A stretch of 64,000 bases of DNA from the NCBI GenBank assembly GCA_035548375.1, contig DASZTG010000094.1:283-64282 (forward strand), given 5' to 3'. Both the position numbers and the translations under genes were made by a program. Position 1 is the first letter of the stretch. Every line of letters starts with the position of its first letter. The stretch is from Burkholderiales bacterium (GTDB lineage Bacteria; Pseudomonadota; Gammaproteobacteria; Burkholderiales; JACQAP01). Below, piece after piece: positions 58,392 to 64,000 of the stretch. Below the pieces are notes generated by a model. The model saw only the letters and a list, made by a program, of their open reading frames with translations. It searched no databases and was not told where the DNA came from.

Positions 58392-60602
58392 TTACGCGAT
58401 CAGCTTGTCCAGCGTGATCGGCAAGTCGCGAATGCGCTTGCCGGTCGCGTGGAACACCGCGTTCGCCACGGCGCCGGCAACGCCGGTGATGCCGATCTCG
58501 CCGATGCCGCGCCCGCCCAGCGGATTGAAGCGCGCGTCGTCCTCGTCGACGAAATCAACCTCGATCTCCTGGACGTCGGCGTTCACCGGCACGTGGTACT
58601 CGGCGAGGTTGCCGTTGGCGAAGCGGCCATAGCGCAGGTCCAGCACGCTCTGCTCGAACAGCGCCTGACCCAGCCCCCATACGATGCCGCCCTGGAGCTG
58701 GCTGCGCGCAGTTTTCAAATTGAATAGCCGGCCGACGCTGTACGCGGCGACGACGCGCGGCACGCGCAGCACGCCGGTCAACTCGTCCACCCTGACCTCC
58801 ACGAACACCGCGCCGAACGAGCGGCTGGCGAATTTCTTTTCGTCCTCGCCGGGTTTGGCCTGGCCTTTCGCTTCGATGGCGGCCGGCTGGCGCATCGCGA
58901 ATGCGGCCAGCGATTCCAGGCGCCGGCCTCCCCGCGTCGTCAGCCAGCCATCGTGGATTGCCGCGTTCGGCTCGTCCAATTCGTGCAGGGGCGATCGCGG
59001 GTCCGCCGCGGCTGCGTCGACGATCATTCGCTTGAGGGCAAGACAGGCATCCTGCACGGCGGGACCGACGCTCGCCGCCGTCATCGAACCGCCGGATACC
59101 GGGGCTTCGGGCAATGCGGTATCACCAAGCTCGAAGCGCACCTGGCTGAGCGGAACGCCGAGCGTCTGCGCCGCGATTTGCGTCATGATCGTGTAAGTGC
59201 CTGTGCCAAGATCCTGCGTGCCGGACGTCACCAGCGCCGAGCCGTCGCGCAGCAGCCGCGCCGAGGCCAGCGCCGGCAACCGATGCGCAGGATAGGTCGC
59301 GGTGGCCATGCCCCAGCCGATCAATTCATGCGCGGTGCGCATGGAGCGCGGCGCGGCATTGCGCTTCGACCAGCCGAATCGTTTTGCCGCCATTTCGTAG
59401 CAGGTGCGCAGCCGCTTGCTGGTCCACGGCTTGCCGGTGGAAGGTTCCGTTTCCGCGTGATTGCGCAGGCGCAACTCGACGGGGTCCATGCCGAGTTTCA
59501 CGGCCAGCTCGTCCATCGCGCTTTCGATGGCGAACGTCCCGGTGCATTCGCCGGGCGCACGCTGGAAGGTCGGAACGCCGACGTTGAGCTTCACAAGGCG
59601 CTGCGTCGTGGCGCCGTTCGCGCACGCGTAGAGGGCCCTTGTCGGCATGGTCGAGGCCTCCGCGTAGTCTTCCATGACCGAAGTGTGCGAGACGACGTCA
59701 TGGCGAATCGCCGTCAAGCGACCGTCCCGCCGTGCCCCGAGCACAACCTTCTGCTGCGTAAGCGGCCGACCGCCCACCGGCCCGAACATTTGCGTGCGCG
59801 CCAGCACGAGCTTGACTGGCCGGCCAGCAGCCTTCGACGCCAGCGCCGCGAGCACAACGTGCGACCAGGCCGAGCCTTTGCAGCCGAATCCGCCGCCGAC
59901 GAAGGGATCGATGACGCGAATGCGCTCTGCGGGAATGCCGAGGGTTTTGGCCACCGTCTGCTTCACGCCGGAAACGTATTGCGTGGCATCGTACAAGGTC
60001 AGGTTTTCACCCTGCCAATGCGCGACCGTGGCATGCGGTTCCATGGGATTGTGATGTTCCATGGAAGTCGAGTAGTCCTGCTCTACCCGGACTTCCGCCT
60101 GCGCGAGCCCGATGTCGATGTTGCCCCACGCCTTGTCGGGTGGATCGCGCGTGAGTTTCTCGGGCTTGTAAGCCGAGCTTTTTTCCTTTTCGAAATCGAG
60201 TTGCGCCGGCTGGGCGATGTAGGCCACGTTCACGTTCGCGGCGGCCTCCATGGCATTCTCGAACGTATCGGCGACAACCACCGCGATGGGTTGGCCGTTG
60301 TATTTCACGACATCGTCCTGCAGCAGGGAAAGGATGCGCCCGGCGGGCGGGTTGACCGCGGCGCGTCCTTTCTGCGGCAAGGCTGGAGCATTGTCGTGGG
60401 TGAGCACGTAAATCACGCCCGGCATACGCAGTGCGCGCGTGGTGTCCACCCGCACGCGCCCGCTCGGGATTGTGCTCTGGACCATCACCGCGTAGGCCAT
60501 GTTCGACGGTGAAAACTCCGCCGCGTAGCGCGCCTGTCCCGTCACCTTGGCGGGTCCATCCACGCGATCCAACGCGGCACCAATGAGCGATTTGTCGTTC
60601 AT
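58392..60602 (-). CDS. paoC: Molybdopterin-binding subunit of aldehyde oxidoreductase/xanthine dehydrogenase family (PaoC-like)
   Basis: ATG 60602 overlaps the upstream stop (ATGA). 736 aa with an a/b-hammerhead and Mo-binding domains (GGGFGCKG). Confidence 0.88.
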   Translation of the reverse strand: MNDKSLIGAALDRVDGPAKVTGQARYAAEFSPSNMAYAVMVQSTIPSGRVRVDTTRALRMPGVIYVLTHDNAPALPQKGRAAVNPPAGRILSLLQDDVVKYNGQPIAVVVADTFENAMEAAANVNVAYIAQPAQLDFEKEKSSAYKPEKLTRDPPDKAWGNIDIGLAQAEVRVEQDYSTSMEHHNPMEPHATVAHWQGENLTLYDATQYVSGVKQTVAKTLGIPAERIRVIDPFVGGGFGCKGSAWSHVVLAALASKAAGRPVKLVLARTQMFGPVGGRPLTQQKVVLGARRDGRLTAIRHDVVSHTSVMEDYAEASTMPTRALYACANGATTQRLVKLNVGVPTFQRAPGECTGTFAIESAMDELAVKLGMDPVELRLRNHAETEPSTGKPWTSKRLRTCYEMAAKRFGWSKRNAAPRSMRTAHELIGWGMATATYPAHRLPALASARLLRDGSALVTSGTQDLGTGTYTIMTQIAAQTLGVPLSQVRFELGDTALPEAPVSGGSMTAASVGPAVQDACLALKRMIVDAAAADPRSPLHELDEPNAAIHDGWLTTRGGRRLESLAAFAMRQPAAIEAKGQAKPGEDEKKFASRSFGAVFVEVRVDELTGVLRVPRVVAAYSVGRLFNLKTARSQLQGGIVWGLGQALFEQSVLDLRYGRFANGNLAEYHVPVNADVQEIEVDFVDEDDARFNPLGGRGIGEIGITGVAGAVANAVFHATGKRIRDLPITLDKLIA

Positions 60603-61585
60603 GCGCGGCCCCTCGCTTTCTGCAGAGCTTCGGTCACCGCGGCGCGAGCAAGTTCGACCTTGAACGCGTTGTGCCGCAGCGGCTGCGCGCCTTCGACGCT
60701 GGCTCGCGCAGCAGCCGCAATGGCGCCGTTGCCCGGTTGCTTGCCCGTGATAGCGCGCTCTGCCGCCTCGACCCTCCATGGCTTGTGGGCAACACCGCCG
60801 AGTACGACGCGCGCGTCGCGCACGATGCCATCCCGGATGTCGAGCCCCGCGGCAACCGACACCAGCGCGAATGCGTAGCTGGCACGATCCCGCACCTTGA
60901 GGTAGTGCGCATGCGCGGCGAACGGCGATGGCGGAAGCTCGACGGCGACGATCAGCTCGCCCGGTTTCAGCGTCGTGTCGAACTGCGGCGTGTTGCCCGG
61001 CAACCGGTGGAAGTCCGCGATCGGGATCCGCCTCGTGTCGCTGGCGCCACGTACTTCGACCACCGCATCCAGCGCGGCCAGCGCTACGGACATGTCCGAC
61101 GGATTCGTGGCGACGCATTCATCGCTCGCGCCGAATAGCGCGTGGATGCGGTTGTAGCCGTCGCGCGCGGCGCATCCCGATCCGGGATCGCGCTTGTTGC
61201 AGGCGGGGAAGGCCGTGTCATAAAAATAGTAACAGCGGGTTCGCTGCATGAGATTGCCGCCGACGCTCGCCATGTTGCGCAATTGCGGCGAGGCGCCGGC
61301 GAGGAAAGCCTGCGACAGCAGCGGATAGCGCGTCCGCACCAGCGGATGGTTGGCGGCGTCGCTGTTCCTGACCATCGCGCCGATACGCAATCCGCCGTCG
61401 GGTAATTCGGTAACGGTCGCGAGCGGCAGTCGCGAGATGTCGATAATTCGTTCGGGTTGCTCGATGCCGCCTTTCATGAGATCGAGCAGGTTGGTGCCAC
61501 CCGCCAGGAATCGGCTGCCCTGGATTTCGCCTGACTGCAGCGCCCCATCGATGCTGCCGGCGCGCTCGTATTCGAATGTTTGCAT
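60599..61585 (-). CDS. paoB: FAD-binding subunit (PaoB-like, CO dehydrogenase flavoprotein fold)
   Basis: FLAGGTNLLDLMK FAD-binding motif. 328 aa. Confidence 0.88.
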   Translation of the reverse strand: MQTFEYERAGSIDGALQSGEIQGSRFLAGGTNLLDLMKGGIEQPERIIDISRLPLATVTELPDGGLRIGAMVRNSDAANHPLVRTRYPLLSQAFLAGASPQLRNMASVGGNLMQRTRCYYFYDTAFPACNKRDPGSGCAARDGYNRIHALFGASDECVATNPSDMSVALAALDAVVEVRGASDTRRIPIADFHRLPGNTPQFDTTLKPGELIVAVELPPSPFAAHAHYLKVRDRASYAFALVSVAAGLDIRDGIVRDARVVLGGVAHKPWRVEAAERAITGKQPGNGAIAAAARASVEGAQPLRHNAFKVELARAAVTEALQKARGRA

Positions 61586-61589
61586 GCGC

Positions 61590-62291
61590 TCAGCTCCGGT
61601 TGGCGACGCTGCGCACGGCGGCGACGATGTTGACGTAGGCGCCGCAGCGGCAAATGTTCCCGCTCATGCGCTCGCGAATCTCCGCGTCGCCGAGCAATAC
61701 CGGCCCGGTCTGCCGCACGTCTGGCGTGACAGCGCTGGCCGTCCCGGCCGCCACTTCTTCGACAAGCGCAACCGCGGAGCACACCTGGCCAGGCGTGCAA
61801 TAGCCGCATTGAAACGCATCGTGAGCGACGAAGGCACGTTGCAGCGGGTGCAACGCCTGCGGCGCGCCGAGACCTTCGATCGTCACGACTTCATCGCCGT
61901 CGTGCGACAACGCGAGCGACAGGCAGGAATTGACTCGCCGCCCGTTGACAAGAACCGTACAGGCACCGCATTGGCCGCGATCGCAACCCTTCTTGGTGCC
62001 GGTCAATTGCAGGTTTTCACGCAGCACATCGAGCAAGGTGGTGCGCGGATCGACATCGAGATCGCGTGATGTTCCATTCACGATGAATTGCGCATGCACA
62101 GCAGGTGTTTGCACCGGCGTCCGCGTCACGACATCGGTATTCGCGTCCACCTGCTGCGCGGCTTGCAACCGCGATGCGGCGACCATGCCAACGGACATTA
62201 CTCCGGCATCGGCAATGAATTTGCGGCGGGAGTTTCCCGCGCGGGACAATCCGCGCGAGCCTTCGGATGTTTCGGCCAAGAGGTCCTCCAT
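61590..62291 (-). CDS. paoA: [2Fe-2S] subunit with Tat signal (PaoA-like)
   Basis: SRRKFIADAG twin-arginine signal. Cluster motifs CDRGQCGACTV and CGYCTPG. Confidence 0.85.
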   Translation of the reverse strand: MEDLLAETSEGSRGLSRAGNSRRKFIADAGVMSVGMVAASRLQAAQQVDANTDVVTRTPVQTPAVHAQFIVNGTSRDLDVDPRTTLLDVLRENLQLTGTKKGCDRGQCGACTVLVNGRRVNSCLSLALSHDGDEVVTIEGLGAPQALHPLQRAFVAHDAFQCGYCTPGQVCSAVALVEEVAAGTASAVTPDVRQTGPVLLGDAEIRERMSGNICRCGAYVNIVAAVRSVANRS

Positions 62292-62552
62292 GAACGAGAA
62301 CAGGCGATTGACAAGCAGGGCGCGGCGCGAGGGAATCGCGGGCGACGGAGGAAATCGTGACCTTGGTTCTGCAAGGAACATGCCGCGCGGAAAACGTGGC
62401 ACGACGACCATGGGAGGAGGCTTATTTCAGGGATTCACGCGATATCGGACAGTTCTCGCGGTGCGAGCCCCGTAAGTCTTGCATCGATGCGGAAAGATTT
62501 TCAGCGACAAGCGCCGACCGCGATGCCCTCCGACAAGCGAATCGACCTTTGG

Positions 62553-63056
62553 CTATTTGGCTTGCAACTTGCGCAAGCGCTTCGCGTTGGCGCCCGCGCG
62601 TGTGCGAATCGGCGTGAGGGCTCGCTGAGCGATTTTCCCGGTTTCGCCCGACAACTTGCTCGCCGACAGGGCAGACCGGCCAAGACCAGTGCGCACCAAT
62701 CTCAATTGGCGCCGGGCAACCTGGCGATGCGTGCCCGGCAACGCAAGCGAGAGCAATGCGGGCATGCCAGAAAAAAACTGGCCGAACGCGAATGCCGCGT
62801 AGCGCTGGCTGGCGAATATCGACTCCATGGCCATCGCCTGCGCGGATTCGAACCCCGCATCGAGCTTCTCCTGTTTCATGAGGGCGAATTCCTTGATGTC
62901 GTCTGCGCGCGGATTGCTGCCCGCCGTTCGCATCCGCTCGGTGCGATACGCAATGACCTGCGACGACGCGAGCAGCATCTCCGAAAAGCGCAAACCGAGC
63001 ACGACCCAGACGCGCCATGCGTCCGCGTACGAACGAAATAGCGAAGCGGCATTCAT
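62553..63056 (-). CDS. Hypothetical protein (167 aa, basic C-terminus)
   Basis: The pattern AWRVW...R..RM....E...M..EK ... ALTPIRTRAGANAKRL recalls an uncharacterised proteobacterial family that is often mis-annotated as antifreeze protein. Confidence 0.55.
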   Translation of the reverse strand: MNAASLFRSYADAWRVWVVLGLRFSEMLLASSQVIAYRTERMRTAGSNPRADDIKEFALMKQEKLDAGFESAQAMAMESIFASQRYAAFAFGQFFSGMPALLSLALPGTHRQVARRQLRLVRTGLGRSALSASKLSGETGKIAQRALTPIRTRAGANAKRLRKLQAK

Positions 63057-63274
63057 TCGGGATCGTCGTCCTCGAGAACCAGGCCGCCATCGAAGTGACC
63101 GAACCGCCTGCCTTCGTTGCGAGCCGGCAGCTCATAGCGGGGCTCGTACTCCTCGCGCAGCCCAACATGCCGGTCGTCAATTTCCACGCCCAATTCTCCG
63201 GGGAAGCCGCTCCAGTCGATGGTGCTTTCGTCCTGTTGCGGATCCCACGCTTCGACGATCGTGATCGTGTTCAT
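63053..63274 (-). CDS. Hypothetical acidic protein (73 aa)
   Basis: ATG 63274. Strongly acidic (ends ..LVLEDDDPE). The stop overlaps the downstream start (ATGA). Confidence 0.5.
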   Translation of the reverse strand: MNTITIVEAWDPQQDESTIDWSGFPGELGVEIDDRHVGLREEYEPRYELPARNEGRRFGHFDGGLVLEDDDPE

Positions 63275-63549
63275 GTCGATCTCCTTGGTGAGTACGACAA
63301 CGAACAGAGCAACTGGCTTGCCAGCCCAGCACGGCGTCATTAAGCAATTGAGAATGCAGTGCTTACGACCGACGCACGCGATGAAAAAGAACGTGAGCGG
63401 GAGATTGTTACCGCTTTCGCGCGTAATCTTTTCCGATCGCGGAAATTAATCGAGTATGGTCCACAATACGGAGCGGATGCCGGCCGCAAAACCGGCGCCC
63501 GTTAGCTAGCAGGGCGGGAATAATGTCTAACTCTGCGATCGAGAAGATC

Positions 63550-63573
63550 TTGTCGGCCCTATAGGGCCGACAA
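63550..63573 (-). terminator. Perfect hairpin downstream of the PQQ-propeller gene (possible bidirectional terminator)
   Basis: TTGTCGGCCC-tata-GGGCCGACAA is a 10-bp perfect stem flanked by A/T-rich sequence (..AAAATTTAT). It lies 35 nt beyond the stop at 63608. Confidence 0.45.
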
Positions 63574-63607
63574 AATTTATCGCGTTGGACCGCCGGCACA
63601 GCAAACA

Positions 63608-64000
63608 TCACGGATTGGTGAGACGCCACGCCGTGAGTACATTAGTCGCGGGAACGATCAAAAATCCCTCGCCAGCGCCGAAGCCCGGAGTAGGTTGAAC
63701 GTAGTCTTCCTTTGGCGCCAATATCGGGGCACCGGCAAATCCACTCCAGATTTGCGCGCCGGTTATGGCATCGAGAGCATAGACATTTCCGGAAGTCGAT
63801 CCAGCGATTATCGTCCCGTCAATGACGATCGGGGGAGAAATGAGACCTCCGTCACCAACAAAAGTCCATTGGAGATTTCCGGTAGTCAAGTCGACACTCT
63901 TTAGCGTTTTGAAACCTACAAAAAAAACCGATTGCGTCGAAAACGCTGGAATAGGCGAATTCAAATTTACAGTAACGTTTCCGACCTTTGTCCCGGTAGC
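63608..64000 (-). CDS. PQQ-like beta-propeller repeat protein, 5-prime part beyond window
   Basis: The frame is open to the window end. Repeats of the type GNVYALDAITGAQIW and DLTTGNLQW. G+C is visibly lower than in the rest of the window. Confidence 0.65.
   Translation of the reverse strand, partial: ATGTKVGNVTVNLNSPIPAFSTQSVFFVGFKTLKSVDLTTGNLQWTFVGDGGLISPPIVIDGTIIAGSTSGNVYALDAITGAQIWSGFAGAPILAPKEDYVQPTPGFGAGEGFLIVPATNVLTAWRLTNP

Noticed and set aside
58953-60512. 519-aa ORF antisense to the PaoC-like gene
   Set aside because: Same reasoning: it is a shadow ORF inside a strongly supported molybdoenzyme gene.
62292-62552. Possible molybdenum-cofactor riboswitch in the 260-nt leader of the paoA-like gene
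   Set aside because: I could not reconstruct the conserved Moco-motif helices from memory on this sequence. Only a generic GCCTCCTCCC stretch is present. A cmscan would be needed, so no claim is made.

Overview
High-G+C bacterial chromosomal segment (judged by eye, not computed; third codon positions are strongly G/C). Gene content is typical of a free-living soil or water proteobacterium, Burkholderiales- or Xanthomonadales-like, but the taxon cannot be fixed from sequence alone. I call 69 protein-coding genes, tightly packed on both strands. I recognised no rRNA, tRNA, CRISPR array, transposase, integrase or phage gene. Layout: (1-7.5 kb) small ligand-binding/detox proteins (VOC, 2x SRPBCC, YceI, DUF427), two DHA2 MFS pumps and an ABC-2 exporter. 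(7.5-10.9 kb) envelope cluster: two SHOCT lipoproteins, a secreted FecR-domain protein and an M48 lipoprotein protease. (10.9-17 kb) REC-GGDEF, exonuclease III, Tat-dependent Gfo/Idh/MocA oxidoreductase, ThuA, O-methyltransferase. (17-25.1 kb) two TonB-dependent receptors, a PepSY-TM protein, a secreted alpha/beta hydrolase and a LysR regulator. (25.2-34.8 kb) LysR, atypical SDR, membrane GGDEF, GST, TTC38-like, methyltransferase, GFA and the large-subunit catalase KatE. (35-45.8 kb) accessory-looking patch of small genes: two paralogous Cys-motif mini-proteins, a DUF1800/DUF1501 pair, a five-gene small-protein operon (2x DUF1508, zinc ribbon, unknown, DUF3606), an MddA-like membrane methyltransferase plus ankyrin lipoprotein with divergent AraC, and higBA. 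(45.8-48.9 kb) HscC-type Hsp70 with a membrane J-like protein lacking HPD. (49.4-62.3 kb) unknown lipoprotein, a 7-gene Liv-type ABC/dehydrogenase/flavin-monooxygenase operon, an orphan SBP and a PaoABC-like periplasmic molybdo-oxidoreductase. (62.5-64 kb) two overlapping unknown genes and a lower-GC PQQ-propeller fragment. Most worth a second look: the Hsp70/J-like pair next to higBA, the duplicated mini-protein family (one copy sits behind a structured, terminator-bearing leader), and the small-protein operon. Domain calls come from motif recognition by eye; no database search was possible.
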